DNA of 64,000 bases from an uncultured Chloroflexia bacterium (GCA_963797485.1 CAWCPF010000002.1:223217-287216), one strand, 5' to 3'. Numbered from the stretch's first letter, positions 28,761 to 39,775 are shown. Made by a program: numbers and translations. The notes: generated from the sequence alone by a model not told the origin.

Positions 28761-29432
28761 ATGCCCTTTGCGATCGCCCTAATCCTGCTGGCCGCGCTGG
28801 TTGTCCTTGGCATCTGGGAGCTTGTGATTTGTGAGGGCGCCCACCTCGGCCGGCGTTCGGTTGTGTGGACCTACAATCTGGCCGCCGGCCGCTACGATGG
28901 CATCAAGCGCTTTGACCCCGACTGGGAGAAGCGAACGCTGGGCGAGCCGGTCGCCAACGTCATGGGAAGCCTGCAAGGCGCGCGCGTATTGGACGTCGGC
29001 GCCGGCACCGGCCGGCTGGCGCGGGCCCTGGCGTCGGCCGGGGGTCTGGACGGCGTCGTGTACGCTGCCGAGCCGTCTCTCGGCATGCTCCGCCTCGGTC
29101 GAGCCTTCGAGGTCCCTTTTCCCAGCCGTTGGGTGCAGGCCTGGTCCGACCCGCTGCCCTTCGCCTCCGAGACGTTTGACCTGGTCACGTCGCTCGAGAT
29201 GCTCGAGTTCACCCCTCATCCCGGCCGGACGCTGGCCGAGATGGTGCGCGTCCTGCGCCGCGACGGCTGGCTGCTGACCACCCACCGGATCGGCTGGGAG
29301 GCTCGGCTGATCCTCGGCCACACGTACACGCGGCGGGAGCTGCAGGCGCGCCTGGAGCAGGCAGGTTTGGAGGCGGTCCAATTCTTCGGCTGGCAGCTGG
29401 ATTACGATTTGGTTTGGGGTTACAAGCCGTAG
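28761..29432 (+). CDS. class I SAM-dependent methyltransferase with N-terminal TM helix
   Basis: Motif I is VLDVGAGTGRLARAL. The ORF is an intact 223 aa. Confidence 0.7.
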   Translation: MPFAIALILLAALVVLGIWELVICEGAHLGRRSVVWTYNLAAGRYDGIKRFDPDWEKRTLGEPVANVMGSLQGARVLDVGAGTGRLARALASAGGLDGVVYAAEPSLGMLRLGRAFEVPFPSRWVQAWSDPLPFASETFDLVTSLEMLEFTPHPGRTLAEMVRVLRRDGWLLTTHRIGWEARLILGHTYTRRELQARLEQAGLEAVQFFGWQLDYDLVWGYKP

Positions 29433-29463
29433 CCGGTTCGTGCTGGCAGGAGTGACATCCCAC

Positions 29464-30250
29464 ATGCGATTGGTGCGCTACCGAAAACGCGCCGGAGGCT
29501 CGATCCAATGGGGATGGCTGTCCGAAGATCGAGTCGGTCTGGTCGAAGGCAGTCCATTCGGCGAGTACCGCCGAAAGGAAGCCCGCCTGTCCCTCGACAC
29601 CGTCGAGTTGCTGGCGCCGGCCACACCGAGCAAGATCATATGTGTCGGCCGGAACTACGCCGCGCACGCGGCCGAACACGAGGTGGACGTCCCCGAGCTG
29701 CCGCTGCTGTTTCTCAAGCCTCCCAGCTCGATCATCGGCCCGGGCGGGACCGTGCGGCTGCCGCCTCAGTCCACCCAGGTGGAGCACGAAGCCGAGCTGG
29801 CGGTCGTCATCGGCCAGACCTGCCGCTGGGTCGAGCCGAAAGCAGCCATGCAGTCCGTGCTGGGGTTCACCGTCGCCAATGACGTGACCGCCCGCGACCT
29901 GCAGCGGCTGGACGGGCAGTGGACCCGCGCCAAGGGTTTCGACACTTTCTGCCCACTCGGACCGTGGATCGAGACCGAGCTCGACCCGGCCGAACTCGCT
30001 GATTACCTGCACGGTCAACGGCCAGCTGCGGCAGATGGCCTCGACGCGCGACCTGGTCTTTCCCGTCCGCCAGATCGTGGCTTTCATCTCGTCGGTCATG
30101 ACCCTGGAGGCCGGTGATGTGATCCTGACCGGGACGCCATCCGGCGTCGGTCCTTTGGCGGACGGCGACCACGTAACGATCGATATCGAGGGCGTGGGCG
30201 TGCTCGAGCACGAGGTGCGCGCCGCCCCCCACCCCTCTGCTCAAGCGTAG
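29464..30250 (+). CDS. fumarylacetoacetate hydrolase (FAH) family protein, apparent frameshift near 30005
   Basis: KIICVGRNYAAHAAE...LFLKPPSS...EHEAELAVVIG...ANDVTARDLQ...WTRAKGFDTFCPLGPW, then STRDLVFPVRQIVAFISSVMTLEAGDVILTGTPSGVG. Confidence 0.8.
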
Positions 30251-30268
30251 CCAAGGAGGCAGGTCGGC

Positions 30269-30823
30269 ATGGGACTGAAGCCGGATCACTGGATCACGCA
30301 TATGGCTCAAACGGAACGCATGATCGAGCCATTTGAAGAGCATCAGGTTCGGAACGGCGTCATCTCCTACGGCGTTTCGTCCTATGGTTACGATATCCGT
30401 GTGGCCGATGAGTTCAAGATTTTCACCAACGTCTTTTCGGCGGTGGTGGACCCCAAGGCTTTCGATCCGGCGTCGATGGTCGACTTCAAGGGGCCGGTGT
30501 GCACCATTCCCCCGAACTCGTTTGCGCTGGCGCGCACGGTCGAATACTTCCGCATCCCGCGCCAGGTGCTGACCATCTGCCTGGGGAAATCCACCTATGC
30601 CCGCTGCGGCATCATCGTCAATGTCACGCCCTTCGAGCCCGAGTGGGAGGGCTACGTCACGCTGGAGATCTCCAACACCACACCGCTCCCGGCGCGCATT
30701 TACGCCAATGAAGGCATCGCCCAGGTGCTGTTCTTCGAAGCCGATGACATGTGCCGTATTTCGTATGCCGACAAGAAGGGCAAGTATCAGAAGCAAAACA
30801 CAATCGAGCTGCCGCGGCTTTAG
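30269..30823 (+). CDS. dcd: dCTP deaminase
   Basis: [14 protein letters not shown]...[15 protein letters not shown]...[46 protein letters not shown]. Confidence 0.9.
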   Translation: MGLKPDHWITHMAQTERMIEPFEEHQVRNGVISYGVSSYGYDIRVADEFKIFTNVFSAVVDPKAFDPASMVDFKGPVCTIPPNSFALARTVEYFRIPRQVLTICLGKSTYARCGIIVNVTPFEPEWEGYVTLEISNTTPLPARIYANEGIAQVLFFEADDMCRISYADKKGKYQKQNTIELPRL

Positions 30824-30906
30824 ACGCCGGTCTGGAAAACCCGGCAAGCAGCCGGTGTGCTAGAATCGCGCCGCTTTGACACGTGTAGGCATGGGAGCAG
30901 GTCAAA

Positions 30907-31281
30907 TTGGAGAGGTGGTTCCTGGCTCTGGGCTCAGCCGCCGCCCTGGTGGCGGTCGCCACCGGCGCCTTCGGCGCGCATGCCCTGAGCGCCTACTTTC
31001 AAACCCATCCCGACTTGAGATCGCCGTACGACACGGCCGTCCAGTACCTCTTCTATCACGGCTTGGGTTTGCTGGCCGTAGGCTGGGCTGCCGGCCGATT
31101 CGGCGGAACCTCCATCAACTTGGCGGGCTGGCTGCTGGTGGCAGGCTGTGTGTTGTTCAGCGGGAGCCTGTTCGTTTTGAGCCTGACCGGCGGGCGTGTT
31201 TGGGGCGCCGTGACCCCGGTTGGAGGCGTGGCTTTTCTCGGCGGCTGGGCGCTGTTCTTGCTGGGCGTGCTGCGCGGATGA
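30907..31281 (+). CDS. DUF423 domain membrane protein
   Basis: 124 aa, 4 TM, GAFGAHAL...YLFYHGLGLL motif. TTG start. Confidence 0.7.
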   Translation: MERWFLALGSAAALVAVATGAFGAHALSAYFQTHPDLRSPYDTAVQYLFYHGLGLLAVGWAAGRFGGTSINLAGWLLVAGCVLFSGSLFVLSLTGGRVWGAVTPVGGVAFLGGWALFLLGVLRG

Positions 31282-31375
31282 CGCGCCAACGCCTCCCCGC
31301 CACATCTCCCTTTTCACTCCCCCACCTACCAAGACCGACCGATCCGTCTTCGCCGACCCGAAACAAGGCGGGCAG

Positions 31376-32362
31376 ATGAGTGTCCCATCGCCGGAGCAAT
31401 TGGGCGAGGCGCTCCACGCGCAGGGGTACATCGCCAACCCCGAAATCACCACCGTCCTCTCGCTCGCCCAGGGGCTGGGCAAACCCGTCCTGGCCGAGGG
31501 TCCGGCCGGGGTTGGCAAGACCGAGCTGGCCAAGGCCTGGGCCGGCGCGACGGGCCGCCAGCTGATCCGTCTGCAGTGCTACGAGGGCCTGGATGAGTCC
31601 AAGGCCCTGTACGAGTGGGAGTATGCCAAACAGATGCTGTACTCCCAGCTCCTGCGTGACAAACTCAACCAGCTGTTGTCCGACACCCGCAACCTGTCGG
31701 AGGCCGCCGACCGCATCGCCAGCGAAGAGGACGCCTTCTTCTCGATGCGTTTTCTGCTGGCCCGGCCGCTTCTGAAGGCCATCTTGTCGGATGAGCCCGC
31801 CCTGCTGCTCATCGATGAGATCGACCGCGCCGACGCCGAATTCGAAGCTTTCCTGCTGGAGGTCCTGAGCGACTTCCAGGTGAGCGTCCCCGAGATCGGC
31901 ACGCTGACCGCCAAACATCATCCGCTGGTTGTGCTCACCAGCAACAACACGCGCGAACTGTCCGAGGCTCTCAAGCGACGCTGCCTGTATTTGTTCATCG
32001 ACTTCCCCAGCGTGGAGACCGAGTTGGCGGTGGTCCGCCTGCGCGTGCCCGAGCTGGATCAACAGATAGCGCGCCAGGCGGTTGAGCTGGTCCATCGCAT
32101 GCGGCAGCTTGACCTGCGCAAGAGCCCCGGGATCAGCGAGACCCTCGACTGGGCGCGCGCGCTGGTCCATCTCAATGCCCATGCCATCGATCGCGAAACC
32201 CTCCAGCACACGCTGACCGTCCTGTTGAAATACGAACGCGATGTCCAGCTGACCCGGCGGGCCCTCCAGCCCGAGCCGCCCCGCCCCCGGCAGGCCGCCA
32301 CGGCACCTGAGCCGGGCCCAACCGAAGATGACGAACCCATGCAGTCTGAACCCGATGGATGA
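31376..32362 (+). CDS. MoxR-family AAA+ ATPase (CoxD-like)
   Basis: Walker A is GPAGVGKT and Walker B is LLIDEIDRAD. Also TSNNTRELSEALKRRCLY. I chose Met 31376, not the upstream TTG. Confidence 0.8.
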   Translation: MSVPSPEQLGEALHAQGYIANPEITTVLSLAQGLGKPVLAEGPAGVGKTELAKAWAGATGRQLIRLQCYEGLDESKALYEWEYAKQMLYSQLLRDKLNQLLSDTRNLSEAADRIASEEDAFFSMRFLLARPLLKAILSDEPALLLIDEIDRADAEFEAFLLEVLSDFQVSVPEIGTLTAKHHPLVVLTSNNTRELSEALKRRCLYLFIDFPSVETELAVVRLRVPELDQQIARQAVELVHRMRQLDLRKSPGISETLDWARALVHLNAHAIDRETLQHTLTVLLKYERDVQLTRRALQPEPPRPRQAATAPEPGPTEDDEPMQSEPDG

Positions 32363-33728
32363 CCGCATGGTCAGCTTCGTGGCCGCCCTGCGTGCGGCCG
32401 GGGTTCGGGTGTCGCTGGCCGAATGCCAGGATGCCTTCGCAGCCACCCAGGCCCTCGGGGTGATGGACAGGCGGCAGTTTCGGACGGCGCTTCAAACCAC
32501 CCTGGTGAAGGAGCGGGCCGACCGACCCACTTTCGACGCCCTGTTCCCGATCTACTTTGGCTCTGGGCCGCGCAGCATGCCCAACGCCGACGAGGCCCTT
32601 TCAGGCGAGGCCATCAATCAGCTTCGCCAGGCCCTGCAGGCCATGGCCGAGGAGCTGCGCCAGATGCTCGAGCGCCTCAGCCGCGGGGAGCCCTTCTCCC
32701 AGGCCGAGCTCGAGCAGGCCGCCCAATCGGCCGGCCTGGACGAGGCCCAATCGCTCGCCGACCGGGGATGGCTCGCCAGGCGCATGGCTCAAGAACTGGG
32801 GTTGAGTGAACTGCTGAACGAGATTCAGCACTTGTTGGAACAGCTGGCCGAGATGGGGGCGACGCCGGGTGAGCGGGCCGATGTCCAGGCGCTGCTGATG
32901 GGGAACTACCAGACCATGCGGGAGCAGGTGGAGGCCTACGCGGGCTTCAGCCTCGCCGAGCGGATGAAGGATTTCACGCCACCCACATCGGAGGACGGCA
33001 CCCTCATGGACATCCCCTTCCAAAACCTCCGGGCGCGCGAGCTCGACCAGCTCCAGCGCGAGGTCACTCGATTGGCCGCCCGCCTGCGCACCCGGGCGGC
33101 GCTGCGCCAGAAGCGGGGCAAGGGCCGCCGCCTGGATCCCAAGCGCACGCTGCGGACCAACTTGAGGAACGGCAATGTGCCCTTCATCCTCGAACACCGC
33201 GTCCGGCGCCGCAAAGCTCGTTTCACCCTGGTCTGCGACGTCTCCACCTCCATGCGGCCGGTGGTGTCCTTCCTGCTGCTCCTGATGTACCAGGTGCAGG
33301 CGCAGGTCGGCCGAACGCGGAGCTTTGCGTTTATCGATCATCTGGAGGAGATCAGCCAGGCCTTCGAGGGCAAGCGGCCTGAGCGCGCCGTGCCGGAGGT
33401 GCTGCAGCGTCTGCCGCCCGGCCACTACAACACGGACCTGGGGCACAGCCTGGAGCAATTCGTCCGCCACCAGTTGGGCGCGGTGGACGGCCGCACAACC
33501 TTGATCATTTGCGGGGACGGCCGGAACAACTTCAACCCGCCGCGGACCGATCTGGTTGAACTGCTGGCGCGGCGGGCGCGCAAGCTGGTGTGGTTCAATC
33601 CGGAGCCGCCGGCGATATGGGGGACCGGCGACAGCGATATGCTGGCTTACGCGCCGCTGGTCAGCTCGGTTTTCGAGGTCTCCAACCTTCGCCAGCTGTC
33701 GCAGGCTGTGGACCAGCTACTGCTTTAG
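32355..33728 (+). CDS. VWA domain-containing CoxE-like protein
   Basis: The start overlaps the MoxR stop (ATGGATGA). The N-terminal CoxE-like region is FVAALRAAGVRVS. The MIDAS-like motif is LVCDVSTSM. Confidence 0.75.
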   Translation: MDDRMVSFVAALRAAGVRVSLAECQDAFAATQALGVMDRRQFRTALQTTLVKERADRPTFDALFPIYFGSGPRSMPNADEALSGEAINQLRQALQAMAEELRQMLERLSRGEPFSQAELEQAAQSAGLDEAQSLADRGWLARRMAQELGLSELLNEIQHLLEQLAEMGATPGERADVQALLMGNYQTMREQVEAYAGFSLAERMKDFTPPTSEDGTLMDIPFQNLRARELDQLQREVTRLAARLRTRAALRQKRGKGRRLDPKRTLRTNLRNGNVPFILEHRVRRRKARFTLVCDVSTSMRPVVSFLLLLMYQVQAQVGRTRSFAFIDHLEEISQAFEGKRPERAVPEVLQRLPPGHYNTDLGHSLEQFVRHQLGAVDGRTTLIICGDGRNNFNPPRTDLVELLARRARKLVWFNPEPPAIWGTGDSDMLAYAPLVSSVFEVSNLRQLSQAVDQLLL

Positions 33729-34979
33729 GGTTCCACCGCAGGGCCGGAGGCAGGCGCTGTGGCGAATTCGACCGGCCGCCGGCGCGCCAGGATCAGCCCT
33801 CCGACGGCCAGCGCGGTCAGGACCGCCGCGGCCGGAAAGACGGCTCGCAAGCTGAGCCGTGACAACAGGGCGCCCAGGCCTGGGCCGAGCATAAACCCCA
33901 GGTTGACCGGCAGATAGGCAAACGACATCACCCGGCCGCGGACGTCTTCGCTGGCCGAACTCGAGAGCACATTGAATGACAGCGCGAAATTGCTGGAGGT
34001 CACGCCGCTGACCAGCGCCCAGGTCAAGGCCAGACTCGGGCAGGTCACGCGCCAACGCCGGCAAGGGCCACACGGCGATGGCCACCAACCCCCCGGCGAT
34101 CAGCACCGTCCAATGGCCGCGCCGGTCCGCCAGCGCCCCTACCAGGGGACTCACGAGCAGAGCGCCCAGGCCCCCGGCCCCGGCCACCAGCCCGACGACC
34201 TTGCCGGGCTCCGGGCCCCGATAGACCGAGGTCGTCACCAGCGGGATAAAGGTCAGCGCCATCAGCCAGCCGGCGAACAGCAGGAATAGGGCCGGGAACA
34301 GCAGCCGCAGCCGCGGGCTGCCGGTCACAATGCGAACCGAGTCGACCGCCATGCCGAGCAAAGGACCGCGATCCGTGCCGACGAAGTAATCGCGGTAACC
34401 GAGCACCATGGCCGCGATCACCAGGCCCATGACGACCACATTGACCGCCAGCAGCGTTCGAAAGCCGTAGGCGTCAAAGATCGCCCCGCCGATCAAGGGT
34501 CCAAGAAAGACGCCCACAGCCGGCCCGCCGTTCATGATCGAGAAGGCCAGCCCCTGGCGGGTGCGCGGAGCGCGCTCCGAGAGCGTGGTCATCATCAATC
34601 CGCTGTTGCCCAGCGCCAGGCTGGTGATGGAGCGCGCCAGCAGGAACACCCATATGCTCCCCGACAGTATCATCCCCAGCCCGGCCAGGAAATGGGCGAT
34701 GAACGAGCGCACGATGATCGGCTGGCGGGCGTAGCGGTCCGCCAGCGCGCCCCAGAAGGGAAGCAGCGGCAGCCCGATGGCGCTGGTGATCGAAGCGATG
34801 GCGCCGGTCCATGTGGCGACGTCTTGTGGACGGACGCCGATCTTGGGCAGGTACAGCGGCGTGAACGCGTTGATCTGGCTGTAGAAAGCCGCCTCGACAA
34901 AGCCGGCGGCCGTGAACAGGGTGAGGATCCAGATCCACGAAGTCGGAGCCTTCGCCTGGCTTGGGCCTGACTGGGACAT
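33725..34979 (-). CDS. MFS transporter, apparent frameshift near 34050
   Basis: 12-TM pattern with GALADRYARQP-type loops. The C-terminal two helices continue in ORF 33725-34048. TAGAAT lies 6 nt upstream of the ATG. Confidence 0.75.
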
Positions 34980-35114
34980 TCGGCCATTCTACCCTCGCCA
35001 CGGTCGCCCTTCTGGCTGAAGGTACAATCCAGACACCCGCCGCAAAACGGCAGAGGCCCGAGTGTGAAACCTGACGACCGGAATCCGGTGCCTGCCTCAT
35101 CCCCGGGCAGGCTG

Positions 35115-35945
35115 ATGGCCTGGACCGAGGACCTTTTCATCACGCCTCGGCTGCAGGATGTGGCCCGACGGCTGGGTTATGCGTTGAGCGTGATTGAAGC
35201 CCCGGCGCAGCTCCAGGCCGATGGCGCCCCGCCAGGCAGGCGGGTGCCGCTCACCGAACCGCTGGAAGGACCGGATGGGCAGTTGGTGGAGGCGCTGACC
35301 CAACAGCGCCCGGCCCTCATCCTGGCCGACACCGCGTCAGACAGGCTGCCGTGGGCGCGCTGGATCCAGGTGCTCAAGACGTCGGCCGCCACGCGGCGCA
35401 TCCCCATCCTGGCCTTCGGACCCCACGTGGATGAGGCCCGCCTGGAGCAGGCGAGGCAAGCAGGCGCCGATGTGGTCGTCAGCCGCGGCAAACTGCAGTC
35501 TTCCCTGCCCCAACTGATCCAGACCTGGGCGCACGCCTTGGGGGAGGCGGATCTGCTGGCAGGCTGCGAGGGGGGCCTGTCCGACTGGGCCCTTCAGGGA
35601 GTCGAGCTGCACCGGGCGGGGAAGTATTTCGAGGCCCACGAAGCTTTGGAGAAGGCATGGCTTGAAGCGCCCGAAGTCGAGGGGACTTTGTATCGGGCGC
35701 TGCTGCAGGTCTCCGTGGCCTATCTGCACGCCTCGCGGGGCAACCACCGCGGCGCCAGCAAGATGATGCTGCGCGTGCGTCAATGGCTGGATCCGCTCCC
35801 GGATGCCTGCCGCGGGATGGACGTAGCGCGCCTGCGCGCCCAGGTCGAGGCATTCCGCCAGGCGCTCAAACAACTCTCGCCTGAGACCATGGACCAGTTC
35901 GACCGGCGCCTGCTCCAGCCGTTCCCTCAGCTCGAACCGGGCTGA
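35115..35945 (+). CDS. DUF309 domain protein with an N-terminal receiver-like domain
   Basis: The C-terminal YFEAHEALEKAW...YRALLQVSVAYLHASRGNHRGA is the DUF309 signature. The N-terminal half has a CheY-like alpha/beta pattern. Confidence 0.6.
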   Translation: MAWTEDLFITPRLQDVARRLGYALSVIEAPAQLQADGAPPGRRVPLTEPLEGPDGQLVEALTQQRPALILADTASDRLPWARWIQVLKTSAATRRIPILAFGPHVDEARLEQARQAGADVVVSRGKLQSSLPQLIQTWAHALGEADLLAGCEGGLSDWALQGVELHRAGKYFEAHEALEKAWLEAPEVEGTLYRALLQVSVAYLHASRGNHRGASKMMLRVRQWLDPLPDACRGMDVARLRAQVEAFRQALKQLSPETMDQFDRRLLQPFPQLEPG

Positions 35946-37129
35946 TCTCGGCCGGCATGGCGGGCTTGTTCGTGGGCCGGCTTGCCCGGGGCGCGCCACG
36001 CAAACCTCGCCAGGTCGGGATTGGGGATACCCTCTACGGCGTCGGCGATCAGGCCGCCCAGCACCGGCGCGAACTTGAACCCGTGTCCGCTGCCGCCGGT
36101 AGCCACGAATAGACCCGGCCGGTCGGGATCGGCGGCGATGTAGAAATCGCCATCCCAGGTGTCGCAGTAAAGGCACAGGCGCGAGCCGGCCAGCGGTGCC
36201 CCCGCCAACTCCGGCAGAGATCGCCTGAGGAAGTCCCGGAACGCCGTCTCAGCCGTCGGGGCCACCCGGCGTTCGGCGTCGGGATCGACACGCATCCCGG
36301 GGCCGTGGTTGGCGATCTTGAGCGTGCCATCGTCCAGCGCCGGGAAGCCATACCAGCCGGTGCGGGCGATGTCGGCCGCCCAGGGCACGAATTGGGGAGG
36401 CTGGAATTGGCCGGCGGGATCGGCCTTGAAGTGCAGCACCGGCTGGCCCACCGTCCACATGCGGTCGGACAGCCAGGGGAGCAGCTTCGGGGTCCATGCG
36501 CCGGCGGCCACGACGACGGCGTCGGCCTCGAGCGCGCCCCCAGGGACTTTCACGCCGATGACGCGCCCGGCGCGCTGGACAAGCCCGGCCATGCGCCGGT
36601 CCGGCAGCACCTCGACGCCGGCCTCGCCGGCCTGCTCGATCAAGCCGGCCACCACCTGGCCGCTTTCGGCCCAGCCAGCCTCAGGGTTGAAGTAGCCGTC
36701 CTGATAGCCGCCCTCCGCCCACGACGGAAAGCGCGCCGTGATGTCGGAGGCGGCCAAACGCTGCGGCTGATGGCCGCGCGCCTCCAGCAGGCGAAAGCTC
36801 TCGTACTCGAACTCGCCCGGCTGCATCGGGCCGGGGGTCAGGAGCAGGAATCCGGTCTCATGAAACAGCGGCCGAGGCCAATCGCGGTTCCAGCCGCGCC
36901 AGCCTTCCAAGGCGCGTTCCATCAAGTCCATATAAAAGGCATCCGCGCCGTAGTCCATGCGAACGACTTTGCTGATATCCGTGGATGACGCCAGCGCATG
37001 CGGCAGCGGCCCAGGATCGAGCAGCCGGACGGCATGCCCGCGCCCGGCCAGCGTGAGCGCCGCCGCGGCGCCAAACACGCCTCCACCGACGATCAAGACA
37101 GTGTCGACCCGGGCAGGGCGCGCCCTCAT
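35927..37129 (-). CDS. FAD-dependent oxidoreductase (DAO / monomeric sarcosine oxidase-like)
   Basis: The dinucleotide fold is VLIVGGGVFGAAAALTLAGRG. The C-terminal part has GGSGHGFKFAPVLG. Confidence 0.75.
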   Translation of the reverse strand: MRARPARVDTVLIVGGGVFGAAAALTLAGRGHAVRLLDPGPLPHALASSTDISKVVRMDYGADAFYMDLMERALEGWRGWNRDWPRPLFHETGFLLLTPGPMQPGEFEYESFRLLEARGHQPQRLAASDITARFPSWAEGGYQDGYFNPEAGWAESGQVVAGLIEQAGEAGVEVLPDRRMAGLVQRAGRVIGVKVPGGALEADAVVVAAGAWTPKLLPWLSDRMWTVGQPVLHFKADPAGQFQPPQFVPWAADIARTGWYGFPALDDGTLKIANHGPGMRVDPDAERRVAPTAETAFRDFLRRSLPELAGAPLAGSRLCLYCDTWDGDFYIAADPDRPGLFVATGGSGHGFKFAPVLGGLIADAVEGIPNPDLARFAWRAPGKPAHEQARHAGRDQPGSS

Positions 37130-37190
37130 GCCAGCTCCCAGCCGGCCGAAGCCGGCGTTCGTCCGAAGTCAGGGCGTGACCAGGTTTGCA

Positions 37191-37208
37191 TTGTGAAATT
37201 CCTCACAA
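37191..37208. promoter_or_regulatory. CRP/FNR-type palindrome TTGTGAaattccTCACAA
   Basis: In the divergent region between the flavoprotein (start 37129) and the M48 peptidase (start 37317). Confidence 0.5.
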
Positions 37209-37316
37209 ACTATCCGGCGCCGGCGGGTGACACGAGTGTAGGCCAGGCCGGCCCGCCAGGTCAACGGCTGGAGCGCCCCCGATGAAGCCCCAGAAGCGCG
37301 GAGTACAATCCCCCCC

Positions 37317-38474
37317 GTGGAAACCGAGCCGTTGAGACTTGACCCCGAACGCCAGGCCCAGGCGCGACAGTACGCCGCAATCCGCCGCCGGCTGATGGTG
37401 GTTGAGCTGGCACTGGGGGCGTCCTACCTGGCCTTGTGGCTGGCGGCCGGCTGGGCGATCCGTGTTCGTCACGCCCTGGAGATCACGCCGCCTTTCGCCG
37501 GCGCGTGGTGGCTGGTGCTGCTGGGGACGGCGGCCGGCCTGGGCCTCCCGTGGCTGATCGCCAGCCTGCCTCTGAGCTACCATTCCGGATTCCGGCTGCC
37601 CCATCGCTACGGGTTGTCGACTCAAACCGTGCGCGGCTGGATCGCCGATCAACTCAAGGGCTTGGGCCTGTCCGCCGTGATCGGCGCGCCGCTGCTGGTC
37701 GGCTTGTACGCCGTGATCCGCTGGCAGCCCGGCGCGTGGTGGCTGTTTGCGTCGGTGCTTTACACCCTGGTCACGGCCGTGCTGGCGGCGCTGGCCCCGG
37801 TGCTCTTGCTGCCGGTGTTCTACAAACTCACGCCTCTGGAGGACAGCCGCTCGGACCTGCGCGACCGGCTGCTCGCCCTGGCGGCGCGGGCCGGCGCCCG
37901 GATCGAGGGGGTCTACCGCATGGACATGAGCCGGCGCACCCGGGCCGCCAACGCGGCCCTCACCGGTTTGGGGCGCACCCGGCGCATCGTCATCGGCGAC
38001 ACGCTCCTGGACGAATTCACTCCGGACGAAATTGAGACCGTGCTGGCGCACGAGCTTGGACATCACGTTCACCGGGACATCCCTCTCGGTTTGGCGGTTG
38101 AAGCCTTGCTCAACTTGCTGGGTTTCTGGCTGGTTCAGGGGGGCCTGGTGCTCGGCGCGGGCTGGTTTCAATTGAATGGACCCGCCGATCCGGCCGGTCT
38201 CCCCTGGATCGGCCTGCTGTTGGGCGCGTTCGGGCTGTTGACGATGCCGCTCTCCAACGCCTACTCGCGCTGGCGTGAGTCTCTGGCGGACGATTTCGCC
38301 CTGAAGACGACCCGCAAGCCGGAGGCCTTCGCCCGCGCCATGACCCGCCTGGCCAATCAGAACCTGGCCGAGGCGCAGCCGCCCAAATGGGTCGTGGCCC
38401 TGCTGTATTCGCATCCTCCGCTTCAGAACCGCATCGACAAGGCGGCGAGGCTCGGCGCTCGCCCCACAGGCTAG
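37317..38474 (+). CDS. M48 family (Ste24/HtpX-like) zinc metallopeptidase
   Basis: HELGHHVH motif, multiple TM helices. GTG start with TACAAT 7 nt upstream. Confidence 0.8.
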   Translation: METEPLRLDPERQAQARQYAAIRRRLMVVELALGASYLALWLAAGWAIRVRHALEITPPFAGAWWLVLLGTAAGLGLPWLIASLPLSYHSGFRLPHRYGLSTQTVRGWIADQLKGLGLSAVIGAPLLVGLYAVIRWQPGAWWLFASVLYTLVTAVLAALAPVLLLPVFYKLTPLEDSRSDLRDRLLALAARAGARIEGVYRMDMSRRTRAANAALTGLGRTRRIVIGDTLLDEFTPDEIETVLAHELGHHVHRDIPLGLAVEALLNLLGFWLVQGGLVLGAGWFQLNGPADPAGLPWIGLLLGAFGLLTMPLSNAYSRWRESLADDFALKTTRKPEAFARAMTRLANQNLAEAQPPKWVVALLYSHPPLQNRIDKAARLGARPTG

Positions 38475-38529
38475 CGCACCGTCGCCGGACACCGCGCGCC
38501 GGCGTTCGGTGATCGATAGTTCGAGGCGG

Positions 38530-39633
38530 TCAGATGATGAAGTGGCCCGCCTCGTAGAAGACCTGGCCGTCGGCCAGGATGCGCGAGTCCGTCCCCATGT
38601 CGGTGACCATGTCCCAATGGATGGCGCTCTTGTTCACCCCGCCGGCGAACTCCAGGCCGTGGCCCACGGCCAGATGGATCGTGCCGCCGATCTTCTCGTC
38701 AAACAGCGCATCCCCGGTGTGGCGGGTGATTCCCGGGTTGTTGCCGATGGCGAACTCTCCGATGACGCGAGAGCCCTCATCCAGGTCCAGCTGGCTCATG
38801 AGGAAGGCTTCCTCCTTGGTGGCCGAGGCGGCCGTGACCCGGCCGCCTTCCAGGGTCAGCTCGACGCCTTCCACCTGGTGACCGCTGAAAACCGCCGGAT
38901 ACACAAATCGGATCCAGCCCTCGGCGCTGTCCTCGACCGGGCAGGTGAAGACCTCACCGTCGGGCATGTTGTAGTGGCCATCCGAGTTTATCCACGGCCG
39001 GCCGTCGATCGATAAGCGAAGATCACAATTGGGGCCCTCGACCTTCAGTTCTTTCCGCCCCTTGAGCCAGTCGACAATCACCTGCTGGCGCGCTGAGACC
39101 TGGCGCCACGAAGCCACCGGGTCCGGCAGATCTACCCGGCAACCTGTGTAGACGAAGTCTTCATACTCGGACAAACTCATTTCGGCTTCCTGGGCGCTGG
39201 CTTGGGTCGGATGGCGTGTTAATACCCAGCGCAGCTCACCCGCCGCGCTCCTCCGAAGGTAGGTTTCAAACTGTTTGCGCCTCCCGGATTGGCGAAGGGC
39301 TTGGCGCACTGGATCGGCTCGCGTCAGGGCGCGCGTGTTCTGAGAGCCGGCCAGGTAGATCATCACATCTACCTGTTCGAAGAGGGCCAGCTCGGTCGGC
39401 GGCTGCCATTGAATCTGCTCATCACTTCCCTGGAAAAGCAGGGTCTCGGTCAGTCGATCGTCAACCATGACCGCCTGGGGCAAGCCGCCCAATTCGAGCA
39501 CCGAGCGATAGACCTCCCGGACGAGCGGCAACGCGCCCATCTCGCCCAGGATGACAGTCCACTCGTTGGGCCTTGTTTGCACGCAGTAATTGACCAATAG
39601 ATCAGCCAGCCGGGTCGTGTGTTCGTCCGCCAA
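38530..39633 (-). CDS. M29 family aminopeptidase (AmpS/PepS-like)
   Basis: 367 aa, colinear with the thermophilic metalloaminopeptidase family (...GEFAIGNNPGI...HLAVG..). Confidence 0.75.
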   Translation of the reverse strand: MADEHTTRLADLLVNYCVQTRPNEWTVILGEMGALPLVREVYRSVLELGGLPQAVMVDDRLTETLLFQGSDEQIQWQPPTELALFEQVDVMIYLAGSQNTRALTRADPVRQALRQSGRRKQFETYLRRSAAGELRWVLTRHPTQASAQEAEMSLSEYEDFVYTGCRVDLPDPVASWRQVSARQQVIVDWLKGRKELKVEGPNCDLRLSIDGRPWINSDGHYNMPDGEVFTCPVEDSAEGWIRFVYPAVFSGHQVEGVELTLEGGRVTAASATKEEAFLMSQLDLDEGSRVIGEFAIGNNPGITRHTGDALFDEKIGGTIHLAVGHGLEFAGGVNKSAIHWDMVTDMGTDSRILADGQVFYEAGHFII

Positions 39634-39775
39634 TAGTTGTGCCTTTCACGGATCGAGTGGCCGGATCGCCGGCCCCATTCTACAGCCGAGCGGCCAAACG
39701 CCCACCAACGATCTTGCCTGTGAACCGTTACGGCGGGTCGACCGAGACGGTCATCCCGCCGCCCGGCCGTTCGGC

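Noticed and set aside
31157-32446. A 429-aa minus-strand ORF opposite the MoxR ATPase.
   Set aside because: It is an antisense shadow ORF. Walker A and B motifs are on the plus strand.
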